Of a DNA stretch of 64,000 nucleotides, positions 34,723 to 48,612 are shown piece after piece. Both the position numbers and the translations under genes were made by a program. Each line of letters opens with the position of its first letter. Position 1 is the first letter of the stretch. This stretch comes from Eukaryota sp. GEM-RC1 (lineage: Eukaryota). The stretch spans positions 2,728,001 to 2,792,000 of the forward strand of contig JAUFOQ010000016.1 in the NCBI GenBank assembly GCA_040285855.1, given 5' to 3'. The notes beneath the pieces are model-generated. The model made no database searches and was not told where the DNA came from. It saw nothing but the letters and a program-made list of their open reading frames with translations.

Positions 34723-37700
34723 TGTTGATGCTGTATGGAGTTAGTGGACATACAATGAATGAAATTAAGTTGGTTTATAATCTATGATTCTCATACTATG
34801 ATAATCTACACTACTTCTTCTCCTTCTTCGAACCAGTTCTTCTTCGAGTTCTCTTGGCTATGGGAGTCTTGTTAGGATTAGCTTTTGAGGATGATCTCTT
34901 TCTCTGGTCTATGCAAGGATTATTATTATTTTTCTTAAACGCCATAAATGCCTTAGTGTTTTTAATACTTGAAGTAGCAACTGCAGTGATATCTCCTCCA
35001 TACCATAATACAGAACACATTGGACCTTCAGGTGAGTCGAATTGATCTAACACTTCAGTGATGACATGTTCTTCCTTATCACCAGCTGCAACTTGTTGGT
35101 GGATGCCATGATCTGATGGAAGGTCAGAATGGTAGAGTTTGCATTGATGTACACTAGCTTGGGATTCAATGCCAGATACAAGGTTCTTGATTTTCAAGGA
35201 TGATGATGAAAGGAGCTCGATGACCAGGAATGGGCCAGAGTGTTTGCCATGATGCTTTGTAGCAGTCTTAAAGGATCTGAGGATCAGATCGCCAATTTCA
35301 AATGGATTTGATTTATTGGACTTAGGGGGTCTCTTTGACGATTGATTGCTACTTGCTGATTCTTGCCTTTCCCGGATTCTCTCGTTTTTTCTTTGAAGGT
35401 CTTCGATAAAAGGGATACTTAAATTGGAAGCTTCTAGGGCTCTGAGTATGATACTAGGATCTGCCTTAGGCCCAAAAGAGGACCCAAACATTAGTTCATA
35501 AGGGATGTGTTCAGTGTAACGATTCTTTGTTGCGTTTAGCTGGAGTTGTACGAAGGGAAGGTATTCGGTCCAGTTGTCGAATGTTCCAAAGTCGATTAGG
35601 AAACGTTGAAGATTTCTACACTAGCTTGGGATTCAATGCCAGATACAAGGTTCTTGATTTTCAAGGATGATGATGAAAGGAGCTCGATGACCAGGAATGG
35701 GCCAGAGTGTTTGCCATGATGCTTTGTAGCAGTCTTAAAGGATCTGAGGATCAGATCGCCAATTTCAAATGGATTTGATTTATTGGACTTAGGGGGTCTC
35801 TTTGACGATTGATTGCTACTTGCTGATTCTTGCCTTTCCCGGATTCTCTCGTTTTTTCTTTGAAGGTCTTCGATAAAAGGGATACTTAAATTGGAAGCTT
35901 CTAGGGCTCTGAGTATGATACTAGGATCTGCCTTAGGCCCAAAAGAGGACCCAAACATTAGTTCATAAGGGATGTGTTCAGTGTAACGATTCTTTGTTGC
36001 GTTTAGCTGGAGTTGTACGAAGGGAAGGTATTCGGTCCAGTTGTCGAATGTTCCAAAGTCGATTAGGAAACGTTGAAGATTTCTTAAGACATCGCGATGA
36101 CGTCTCTCGACTAACCCGTTAGATTGAGAAAAGTGGGGGATGGATGTTGTGTTATCAATTGCCAGCAGTTGACAGACTGCGTTGAATGTTGCGTTAGCAA
36201 ATTCAGGACCGTTGTCGCTGTGGATGGAATAGGGGATACCGAATAGACCACATACGTTGAACACGAGTGCATATGCAACTTCTTCAGCGTTCAGTTCATT
36301 GATTGGGGCTAATATAGTGAATCTTGTGAAAGAATCTACAAATACTAGGATGTAACGGTTACCTTCAGCGTCAGGGGATAATGGACCAATAGTGTCTACA
36401 TTAACTTTGGCGAATGGTTTATCGGCCCAAAGTGATCCTGAGTGAGGGATTTGATCCCTTTGACAGGGGATGTCTTTTGGCATGAGGGACAGCTCTTGAT
36501 ATGATTGACTAGATCGTCTTTCATGTTAGGCCACCAGTAGTCGCTGTCGTTAAGGTTTTTAACTGATGTTGCTATACTGGGATGACCAGATTGTACTAAT
36601 CCATGGATGTTGAGCAAGGCGGATTTCCTGAGGGACAAGGGGATCAGGATTTTTTTGTCGTTGGTTAGATATAACTGTACTCTATCGTTGAATGTTGTGT
36701 TGTTGAAGAGGGGTTCGTTTGACTCAATCGCTTTGAATTGTTCGGAACGGATTCTGCTCAACCAATTGCTGAAGATTGGGAGATCTTTTCGTGCAACTTC
36801 ACGGAGACTGTTAATTGAGGGGAGATCGGTGTGATCAATTCTTGTAACGGCTACTGGATCATCAGTAGGTTGTGCAGCGGATTGCTGGATGGGAGATTGG
36901 TGTGGACATAACCGTGAGAGCATGTCTGCCCAGTGGTTGTCAACTCCAGATGTGTGTACGATGTCGAATTGGTATTCTGAAAGTACGAAGAGCCATCTTT
37001 TAATCATTCTGTTCTTATCGGGACACGAAATGAGGTATGCTAGGTTCTTGTGATCTGTGAAGATTGTAAGGTGCCTAGTCTTGAGGAAGTTAGCCAAGCT
37101 CGACTCAGTCAAGATGATGAGGATGGCGTAAAGCTCTTTCTGGATGGTCGCCCATTGAGCTGAGAATCGGACAGTATACGGCTGAAGAAACTAATAGGTT
37201 GAACCTTTCGTTTTATCAATGGTGTACCTGGTGGACTTGGAGAGATTTCGTTCCAGATGACACCTCCAACAGCAAGGTCAGAAGCGTCTGCGCTAATGAG
37301 GATGTTACTATTGGGGCCAGGAAGGTCGAGTGGTATTTGATGGACTATCAAATTTTTGATTGAATCAAAAGCTCGTTGGTGTTTGTGTTCCCATTTTACG
37401 CCTTTAGGTTTTCCTTTGGTCAGGGCGATAATTGGGGCTAACAATTGGGAGATTCCTGGTAACCAGTCTCTGATGTAGTTGATTGTACATACGAGGCTTC
37501 TTACATCTTTTACTGTCTTGGGGTTTGGAATTTCAAGGACAGCTTTGATTCTGACATCATCGATTAATCTGGTTTTGTTGTGGAAGATACTGCCTAATAT
37601 CTTGATTGGGTGTTTGTGGGTTACAAACTTGCACTTGTGGATGCCGAGGGTTACTCTAGCGGATTGTGCTTTATTGAAAACTGCTCGAAGTCTAGTTATA

Positions 37701-40700
37701 AATTCATCGAACACTGATGCTATAACTATGATATCATCTAGATAGATGAAGACTCCATCCATTGCGAAGATCTCTGTCATCAGGTTTTGGAAAATTGCTG
37801 GTACATTTTTCAGGCCGAATGGAGCTCTGGTGAACTTAATTGTTCTGCCAGGGATTGTTAAAGCAGTTTTGTCCATATCTTTTGGAGCAACTTTGAGTTG
37901 CCAAAAGGCCTTGGGGAGATCGAGAGTTGCAATGAAGTTTGCTGCTGGTAAGAATGTGATCACGTCAGCGATGTTGGGCAGGTCGGATGCTATCGGGACT
38001 GTTGAATCGTTAACATCTCCTGTTCCGCTGTAATCTCCAGTCAGACGTGGTTTCCTATGATCAGGGTACGTGACGAGTACTACAGGGCTTGAGAACTTAG
38101 ATTGTGGGGATGACACGGCGAAACCTTGTTCGATAAGTTCGTCAAAGATGCCATTGGCGATCTTTAGCTTCTCAGGATTGAAGTAGCGTGGTTTCCTTTT
38201 GACGACAGTTGACTCGTCGTGGAAGGGTATTTCCATTGGGGGACAATCTATTCCATCGGGATGAGGAGTCGACTGGAATATGATCCTGAATTCTTCTAAG
38301 AGGGATGTGAGCTCTTCCTCTAGAAGTTGATTGTCTAATTCGATTGTGCAACCGGATTCAACTGGGTTGAATGATGTGGAATGATCGGTGTGTCTGGACC
38401 TTACTGGTGAGTGTGTGCTCATTAGGTGATCGAATTCCGATTCATCTTTCAAGATGGTGTTATGTTCTTTTTCTAGTCTAATGACTAGGCTGTCCTCTGT
38501 CAACAGCCCTAATTTGTTTAATAAATCGATTCCGATGAGCATTGTTTTATTACCGGTAACAATAGGGAAGGAGTGATCTATATAAACTAGGTTAGCTGCG
38601 CTATTGAGCTGGAACGCAAGAACACCTTTGGCTGTGCCTAAGGACGATGTACGGGTGCCATTTGCAGTGATGTAGGGGATTGTTTCCTGTGAGGTGTTCA
38701 TCTTGCAGAGATCGACTAAGTCTTGAGTGATGACGGAGACTTGTGCGCCTGAATCTATGGTTCCGGATATTGAAACATCGTTAACAGACATGTTCAGGGC
38801 AATGAATTTGTCTTGGTTGTTGCGAGTTATACTCATAATCCTGGGTGTATCGTTGAGGATTTCGCTGATAGGATTGTTGAGTGTGTGTGAGGTGTAAGAG
38901 CTTGGTGTCGAGGTTGTCGACAAAAAATTCAAATAATTATCATTTTTATTACGCTTTAAATCTACATTACCACTACCGGATCTGCGTTTTCTTTCTTCAA
39001 ACTTACCAGCGTTTAAAGAGGATACTCTGCAGTTGGGATCGGGGCACATTTCGACTGTATGGCCAGGCTCTTTGCAGTACTTACATACTGATTCAGATCC
39101 TGTGTCTCTGTGCTTGGGCTTTTGGCGATTCTTACCGGGACCTCTGGGACCTTTGAATTGTCCACGTTTATGAGATTTTTTTCGGGGTTCCTATTTCTAA
39201 CGTCTGAGTCACTGTCAGAGTCGAAGGAGGGACGGAAGTTCTTCAACTTGTTGTATCGAGGGACACTCGCGTTATGGAGATAGGGGGCACCTGACTCAGT
39301 GATTGGGGGAGTGGATGGGCGAGTAGTGTCCAGGAATCTAGCATCTGAGATATATTGGGGTCTGACATTCTGACGCTGGATGTTCTGGCTGCACCAGTTC
39401 AAGTACCGGTCTTTCAGGTCCTTGAACACCTCGACTGTGCTGAGTTGAGCAAAGGAGGCTTTATCTTTGAAGAAGATCTTCGTGTCCGATCGGATGATTG
39501 GAATACCGATGTTGTGGGCAAAGTATTTTAGAATGTCCCGGGCTTCGATACAGTACAACTGAGTGGTGTTCAGTTCAATCATGGTGGACATGTTTGCCAC
39601 GATTGTGAAGCGGCGAAGGAAGTCATCCCAACGCTCTTTGTTGGAGCTCCATGACTTGTCCCAGTCCATGCGGCATTCGGCAAGGGCGTTGTCTGCAATC
39701 TGGGGGGATTCAAATTGGGAGCTGAGGATTATTCGTTCCCAGATTGCCCAGTTGCATAAGAAGTTGGCGATGGTGCCATCAGATTTCCACGAGCTCAGGA
39801 TGTGAGGGTCGACATGGAGTTGAATTCCTCTAATGTCGACGTTTAGCAGAAGGTCTCTGGCTAAATCGAGGCCATGACGGGGTTCGCCATAAGTGGTCTT
39901 GTTGATGGATAATACATCCTCGAAAGGAGTGAACAGTTCATCTGCTGTGGTGGGTTCGGCAAGTTGTCTCCAGGCCAGTACTTGGTTTTCGAGTTCGAGC
40001 AGATGTTGGGATATATCAATGCTCTTACCTCGGGCTCTGGAATACCGGCGCAGAGATCGACTAAGTCTTGAGTGATGACGGAGACTTGTGCGCCTGAATC
40101 TATGGTTCCGGATATTGAAACATCGTTAACAGACATGTTCAGGGCAATGAATTTGTCTTGGTTGTTGCGAGTTATACTCATAATCCTGGGTGTATCGTTG
40201 AGGATTTCGCTGATAGGATTGTTGAGTGTGTGTGAGGTGTAAGAGCTTGGTGTCGAGGTTGTCGACAAAAAATTCAAATAATTATCATTTTTATTACGCT
40301 TTAAATCTACATTACCACTACCGGATCTGCGTTTTCTTTCTTCAAACTTACCAGCGTTTAAAGAGGATACTCTGCAGTTGGGATCGGGGCACATTTCGAC
40401 TGTATGGCCAGGCTCTTTGCAGTACTTACATACTGATTCAGATCCTGTGTCTCTGTGCTTGGGCTTTTGGCGATTCTTACCGGGACCTCTGGGACCTTTG
40501 AATTGTCCACGTTTATGAGATTTTTTTCGGGGTTCCTATTTCTAACGTCTGAGTCACTGTCAGAGTCGAAGGAGGGACGGAAGTTCTTCAACTTGTTGTA
40601 TCGAGGGACACTCGCGTTATGGAGATAGGGGGCACCTGACTCAGTGATTGGGGGAGTGGATGGGCGAGTAGTGTCCAGGAATCTAGCATCTGAGATATAT

Positions 40701-42620
40701 TGGGGTCTGACATTCTGACGCTGGATGTTCTGGCTGCACCAGTTCAAGTACCGGTCTTTCAGGTCCTTGAACACCTCGACTGTGCTGAGTTGAGCAAAGG
40801 AGGCTTTATCTTTGAAGAAGATCTTCGTGTCCGATCGGATGATTGGAATACCGATGTTGTGGGCAAAGTATTTTAGAATGTCCCGGGCTTCGAAACAGTA
40901 CAACTGAGTGGTGTTCAGTTCAATCATGGTGGACATGTTTGCCACGATTGTGAAGCGGCGAAGGAAGTCATCCCAACGCTCTTTGTTGGAGCTCCATGAC
41001 TTGTCCCAGTCCATGCGGCATTCGGCAAGGGCGTTGTCTGCAATCTGGGGGATTCAAATTGGGAGCTGAGGATTATTCGTTCCCAGATTGCCCAGTTGCA
41101 TAAGAAGTTGGCGATGGTGCCATCAGATTTCCACGAGCTCAGGATGTGAGGGTCGACATGGAGTTGAATTCCTCTAATGTCGACGTTTAGCAGAAGGTCT
41201 CTGGCTAAATCGAGGCCATGACGGGGTTCGCCATAAGTGGTCTTGTTGATGGATAATACATCCTCGAAAGGAGTGAACAGTTCATCTGCTGTGGTGGGTT
41301 CGGCAAGTTGTCTCCAGGCCAGTACTTGGTTTTCGAGTTCGAGCAGATGTTGGGATATATCAATGCTCTTACCTCGGGCTCTGGAATACCGGCGCCACTC
41401 TAGAGCGAAATTCAGGCAAGAAAACTGGTCGGTTTTCTGCAAGTAAGGCGGTTTGAGCTTGGATTCTCGGCGGGTTTCGTTTTCGAGTTCAGCGAACTTT
41501 GCGTTTTCAGGGGTAGCTACGCCAGTGGCTGCATCCATGAAGGAACTGGGGGAATCAGCTCCGAACTCAAACTTGGTATTGGTAAAAGCAGTAGGTACTG
41601 TTATACCAGGGAGTTTGCTCATATCACTGGGCAAAGTGAAGATTGAGCCACCTTTGGGTTTGGTGGAGTTGGATATTACCTTAGGGGTCGCCATAGGTGA
41701 ATCTAAAGCCTTAGGTTGAGGGGTACTCAACTGCTTCATGACCGTTAACATCTCCATTCTGAGATCATTGTTCTCTTTCAGGAGTTGTTCCACGAGGGGA
41801 TTGGAATTCTCTGTGTCTTGAATTGGGATAGGAAGGGAATCGCTGCTGGGTGAAATGTCGTCTTTTGGGGGGGTCTTGTCTGGAGATGAAACATGGAGGG
41901 GACTGAGAGACAAGTCATCCTCTGAAGCTGACTTATTCTGTTCAGCCTGTTCTTTCCCAAGACGGATGAGTTCGGCGTTGATGTCACCATATCTTTCAAT
42001 CAACAGCTTCGTGTGGAGTTCACGATTTTCATAGAGTTCTTTAGGGTTTAAAGCTATCCCTGTTCGATTGAAGTTCTTGTCGTTTACATAACTCTTCTTG
42101 TTGGGATCAGGGGTTCTGGTATCATCTGGGTCAGATGTTTTTATCCCATTTGGAAGATACGTTACTTTGAGCTTGCTCTTCTTAGAAGAAGTCTTCTTCG
42201 AAGGGACACTCTTAGTTTTACGAACAGGAGGGACAATCTTGGGTTTACGAACAGGAGGGACACTCTTGTCGTTGAGTTTGGGAGATTTACGAACAGGAGG
42301 GACACTCTTGTCGTTGAGTCTCGAAGATTTACGAGCAAGAGGGACGCTCTTGTCGTCAGGACTGAGAAGGACATTCTCATCCTGTTTATCCTCGGAGAGA
42401 GGAAGGGTTGATGGTTTACTTTCTTTTTCAGAAGGGGGTACCTCCTTCCCAAGAGAAGTCTTCAGCATATTGATGCTGGGATGGGATCCTGGATCTGAGG
42501 TGAGTTCCACGTCGGCGTTTTCAGCCAATACGTATTGATGCTGTATGGAGTTAGTGGACATACAATGAATGAAATTAAGTTGGTTTATAATCTATGATTC
42601 TCATACTATGAAAATCTACA
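34723..42620 (-). mobile_element. Family A copy A4 (LTRs 34723-34810 and 42533-42620) with 467-bp and 1345-bp internal tandem duplications
   Basis: 35150-35616 repeated from 35617; 38706-40050 repeated from 40051. Confidence 0.93.
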
Positions 42621-45600
42621 CTACTTCTTCTCCTTCTTCGAACCAGTTCTTCTTCGAGTTCTCTTGGCTATGGGAGTCTTGTTAGGATTAGCTTTTGAGG
42701 ATGATCTCTTTCTCTGGTCTATGCAAGGATTATTATTATTTTTCTTAAACGCCATAAATGCCTTAGTGTTTTTAATACTTGAAGTAGCAACTGCAGTGAT
42801 ATCTCATCCATACCATAATACAGAACACATTGGACCTTCAGGTGAGTCGAATTGATCTAACACTTCAGTGATGACATGTTCTTCCTTATCACCAGCTGCA
42901 ACTTGTTGGTGGATGCCATGATCTGATGGAAGGTCAGAATGGTAGAGTTTGCATTGATGTACACTAGCTTGGGATTGAATGCCAGATACAAGGTTCTTGA
43001 TTTTCAAGGATGATGATGAAAGGAGCTCGATGACCAGGAATGGGCCAGAGTGTTTGCCATGATGCTTTGTACCAGTCTTAGAGGATCTGAGGATCAGATC
43101 GCCAATTTCAAATGGATTTGATTTATTGGACTTAGGGGGTCTCTTTGACGATTGATTGCTACTTGCTGATTCTTGCCTTTCCCGGATTCTCTCGTTTTTT
43201 CTTTGAAGGTCTTCGATAAAAGGGATACTTAAATTGGAAGCTTCTAGGGCTCTGAGTATGATACTAGGATCTGCCTTAGGCCCAAAAGAGGACCCAAACA
43301 TTAGTTCATAAGGGATGTGTTCAGTGTAACGATTCTTTGTTGCGTTTAGCTGGAGTTGTATGAAGGGAAGGTATTCGGTCCAGTTGTCGAATGTTCCAAA
43401 GTCGATTAGGAAACGTTGAAGATTTCTTAAGACATCGCGATGACGTCTCTCGACTAACCCGTTAGATTGAGAAAAGTGGGGGATGGATGTTGTGTTATCA
43501 ATTGCCAGCAGTTGACAGACTGCGTTGAATGTTGCGTTAGCAAATTCAGGACCGTTGTCGCTGTGGATGGAATAGGGGATACCGAATATACCACATACGT
43601 TGAACACGAGTGCATATGCAACTTCTTTAGCGTTCAGTTCATTGATTGGGGCTAATATAGTGAATCTTGTGAAAGAATCTACAAATACTAGGATGTAACG
43701 GTTACCTTCAGCGTCAGGGGATAATGGACCAATAGTGTCTACATTAACTTTGGCGAATGCTTTATCGGCCCAAAGTGATCCTGAGTGAGGGATTTGATCC
43801 CTTTGACAGGGGATGTCTTTTGGCATGAGGGACAGCTCTTGATATGATTGACTAGATCGTCTTTCATGTTAGGCCACCAGTAGTCGCTGTCGTTAAGGTT
43901 TTTAACTGATGTTGCTATACTGGGATGACCAGATTGTACTAATCCATGGATGTTGAGCAAGGCGGATTTCCTGAGGGACAAGGGGATCAGGATTTTTTTG
44001 TCGTTGGTTAGATATAACTGTACTCTATCGTTGAATGTTGTGTTGTTGAAGAGGGGTTCGTTTGACTCAATCGCTTTGAATTGTTCGGAACGGATTCTGC
44101 TCAACCAATTGCTGAAGATTGGGAGATCTTTTCGTGCAACTTCACGGAGACTGTTAATTGAGGGGAGATCGGTGTGATCAATTCTTGTAACGGCTACTGG
44201 ATCATCAGTAGGTTGTGCAGCGGATTGCTGGATGGGAGATTGGTGAGGACATAACCGTGAGAGCATGTCTGCCCAGTGGTTGTCAACTCCAGATGTGTGT
44301 ACGATGTCGAATTGGTATTCTGAAAGTACGAAGAGCCATCTTTTAATCATTCTGTTCTTATCGGGACACGAAATGAGGTATGCTAGGTTCTTGTGATCTG
44401 TGAAGATTGTAAGGTGCCTAGTCTTGAGGAAGTTAGCCAAGCTCGACTCAGTCAAGATGATGAGGATGGCGTAAAGCTCTTTCTGGATGGTCGCCCATTG
44501 AGCTGAGAATCGGACAGTATACGGCTGAAGAAACTAATAGGTTGAACCTTTCGTTTTATCAATGGTGTACCTGGTGGACTTGGAGAGATTTCGTTCCAGA
44601 TGACACCTCCAACAGCAAGGTCAGAAGCGTCTGCGCTAATGAGGATGTTACTATTGGGGCCAGGAAGGTCGAGTGGTATTTGATGGACTATCAAATTTTT
44701 GATTGAATCAAAAGCTCGTTGGTGTTTGTGTTCCCATTTTACGCCTTTAGGTTTTCCTTTGGTCAGGGCGATAATTGGGGCTAACAATTGGGAGATTCCT
44801 GGTAACCAGTCTCTGATGTAGTTGATTGTACATACGAGGCTTCTTACATCTTTTACTGTCTTGGGGTTTGGAATTTCAAGGACAGCTTTGATTCTGACAT
44901 CATCGATTAATCTGGTTTTGTTGTGGAAGATACTGCCTAATATCTTGATTGGGTGTTTGTGGGTTACAAACTTGCACTTGTGGATGCCGAGGGTTACTCT
45001 AGCGGATTGTGCTTTATTGAAAACTGCTCGAAGTCTAGTTATAAATTCATCGAACACTGAAGCTATAACTATGATATCATCTAGATAGATGAAGACTCCA
45101 TCCATTGCGAAGATCTCTGTCATCAGGTTTTGGAAAATTGCTGGTACATTTTTCAGGCCGAATGGAGCTCTGGTGAACTTAATTGTTCTGCCAGGGATTG
45201 TTAAAGCAGTTTTGTCCATATCTTTTGGAGCAACTTTGAGTTGCCAAAAGGCCTTGGGGAGATCGAGAGTTGCAATGAAGTTTGCTGCTGGTAAGAATGT
45301 GATCACGTCAGCGATGTTGGGCAGGTCGGATGCTATCGGGACTGTTGAATCGTTAACATCTCCTGTTCCGCTGTAATCTCCAGTCAGACGTGGTTTCCTA
45401 TGATCAGGGTACGTGACGAGTACTACAGGGCTTGAGAACTTAGATTGTGGGGATGACACGGCGAAACCTTGTTCGATAAGTTCGTCAAAGATGCCATTGG
45501 CGATCTTTAGCTTCTCAGGATTGAAGTAGCGTGGTTTCCTTTTGACGACAGTTGACTCGTCGTGGAAGGGTATTTCCATTGGGGGACAATCTATTCCATC

Positions 45601-48600
45601 GGGATGAGGAGTCGACTGGAATATGATCCTGAATTCTTCTAAGAGGGATGTGAGCTCTTCCTCTAGAAGTTGATTGTCTAATTCGATTGTGCAACCGGAT
45701 TCAACTGGGTTGAATGATGTGGAATGATCGGTGTGTCTGGACCTCACTGGTGAGTGTGTGCTTATTAGGTGATCGAATTCCGATTCATCTTTCAAGATGG
45801 TGTTATGTTCTTTTCTAGTCTAATGACTAGGCTGACCTCTGTCAACAGCCCTAATTTGTTTAATAAATCGATTCCGATGAGCATTGTTTTATTACCGGTA
45901 ACAATAGGGAAGGAGTGATCTATATAAACTAGGTTAGCTGCGCTATTGAGCTGGAACGCAAGAACACCTTTGGCTGTGCCTAAGGACGATGTACGAGTGC
46001 CATTTGCAGTGATGTAGGGGATTGTTTCCTGTGAGGTGTTCATCTTGCAGAGATCGACTAAGTCTTGAGTGATGACGGAGACTTGTGCGCCTGAATCTAT
46101 GGTTCCGGATATTGAAACATCGTTAACAGACATGTTCAGGGCCATGAATTTGTCTTGGTTGTTGCGAGTTATACTCATAATCCTGGGTGTATCGTTGAGG
46201 ATTTCGCTGATAGGATTGTTGAGTGTGTGTGAGGTGTAAGAGCTTGGTGTCGAGGTTGTCGACAAAAAATTCAAATAATTATCATTTTTATTACGCTTTA
46301 AATCTACATTACCACTACCGGATCTGCGTTTTCTTTCTTCAAACTTACCAGCGTTTAAAGAGGATACTCTGCAGTTGGGATCGGGGCACATTTCGACTGT
46401 ATGGCCAGGCTCTTTGCAGTACTTACATACTGATTCAGATCCTGTGTCTCTGTGCTTGGGCTTTTGGCGATTCTTACCGGGACCTCTGGGACCTTTGAAT
46501 TGTCCACGTTTATGAGATTTTTTTCGGGGTTCCTATTTCTAACGTCTGAGTCACTGTCAGAGTCGAAGGAGGGACGGAAGTTCTTCAACTTGTTGTATCG
46601 AGGGACACTCGAGTTATGGAGATAGGGGCACCTGACTCAGTGATTGGGGGAGTGGATGGACGAATAGTGTCCAGGAATCTAGCATCTGAGATATATTGGG
46701 GTCTGACATTCTGACGCTGGATGTTCTGGCTGCACCAGTTCAAGTACCGGTCTTTCAGGTCCTTGAACACCTCGACTGTGCTGAGTTGAGCAAAGGAGGC
46801 TTTATCTTTGAAGAAGATCTTCGTGTCTGATCGGATGATTGGAATACCGATGTTGTGGGCAAAGTATTTTAGAATGTCCCGGGCTTCGAAACAGTACAAC
46901 TGAGTGGTGTTCAGTTCAATCATGGTGGACCTGTTTGCCACGATTGTGAAGTGGCGAAGGAAGTCATCCCAACGCTCTTTGTTGGAGCTCCATGACTTGT
47001 CCCAGTCCATGCGGCATTCGACAAGGGCGTTGTCTGCAATCTGGGGGATTCAAATTGGGAGCTGAGGATTATTCGTTCCCAGATTGCCCAGTTGCATAAG
47101 AAGTTGGCGATGGTGCCATCAGATTTCCACGAGCTCAGGATGTGAGGGTCGACATGGAGTTGAATTCCTCTAATGTCGACGTTTAGCAGAAGGTCTCTGG
47201 CTAAATCGAGGCCATGACGGGGTTCGCCATAAGTGGTCTTGTTGATGGATAGTACATCCTCGAAAGGAGTGAACAGTTCATCTGCTGTGGTGGGTTCGGC
47301 AAGTTGTCTCCAGGCCAGTACTTGGTTTTCGAGTTCGAGCAGATGTTGGGATATATCGATGCTCTTACCTCGGGCTCTGGAATACCGGCACCACTCTAGA
47401 GCGAAATTCAGGCAAGAAAACTGGTCGGTTTTCTGCAAGTAAGGCGGTTTGAGCTTGGATTCTCGGCGGGTTTCGTTTTCGAGTTCAGCGAACTTTGCGT
47501 TTTCAGGGGTAGCTACGCCAGTGGCTGCATCCATGAAGGAACTGGGGAATCAGCTCCGAACTCAAACTTGGTATTGGTAAAAGCAGTAGGTACTGTTATA
47601 CCAGGGAGTTTGCTCGTATCACTGGACAAAGTGAAGATTGAGCCACCTTTGGGTTTGGTGGAGTTGGATATTACCTTAGGGGTCGCCATAGGTGAATCTA
47701 AAGCCTTAGGTTGAGGGGTACTCAACTGCTTCATGACCGTTAACATCTCCATTCTGAGATCATTGTTCTCTTTCAGGAGTTGTTCCACGAGGGGATTGGA
47801 ATTCCCTGTGTCTTGAATTGGGATAGGAAGGGAATCGCTGCTGGGTGAAATGTCGTCTTTTGGGGGGGTCTTGTCTGGAGATGATACATGGAGGGACTGA
47901 GAGACAAGTCATCCTCTGAAGCTGACTTATTCTGTTCAGCCTGTTCTTTCCCAAGACGTATGAGTTCGGCGTTGATGTCACCATATCTTTCAATCAACAG
48001 CTTCGTGTGGAGTTCACGATTTTCATAGAGTTCTTTAGGGTTTAAAGCTATCCCTGTTCGATTGAAGTTCTTGTCGTTTACATAACTCTTCTTGTTGGGA
48101 TCAGGGGTTCTGGTATCATCTGGGTCAGATGTTTTTATCCCATTTGGAAGATACGTTACTTTGAGCTTGCTCTTCTTAGAAGAAGTCTTCTTCGAAGGGA
48201 CACTCTTAGTTTTACGAACAGGAGGGACACTCTTGGGTTTACGAACAGGAGGGACACTCTTGTCGTTGAGTTTGGGAGATTTACGAACAGGAGGGACACT
48301 CTTGTCGTTGAGTCTCGAAGATTTACGAGCAAGAGGGACGCTCTTGTCGTCAGGACTGAGAAGGACATTCTCATCCTGTTTATCCTCAGAGAGAGGAAGG
48401 GTTGATGGTTTACTTTCTTTTCAGAAGGGGTACCTCCTTCCCAAGAGAAGTCTTCAGCATATTGATGCTGGGATGGGATCCTGGATCTGAGGTGAGTTCC
48501 ACGTCGGCGTTTTCAGCCAATACGTATTGATGCTGTATGGAGTTAGTGGACATACAATGAATGAAATTAAGTTGGTTTATAATCTATGATTCTCATACTA

Positions 48601-48612
48601 TGATAATCTACA
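42533..48612 (-). mobile_element. Family A full-length copy A5 (LTRs 42533-42620 and 48525-48612), several frameshifts and a stop in IN
   Basis: Colinear with A1. Confidence 0.94.
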
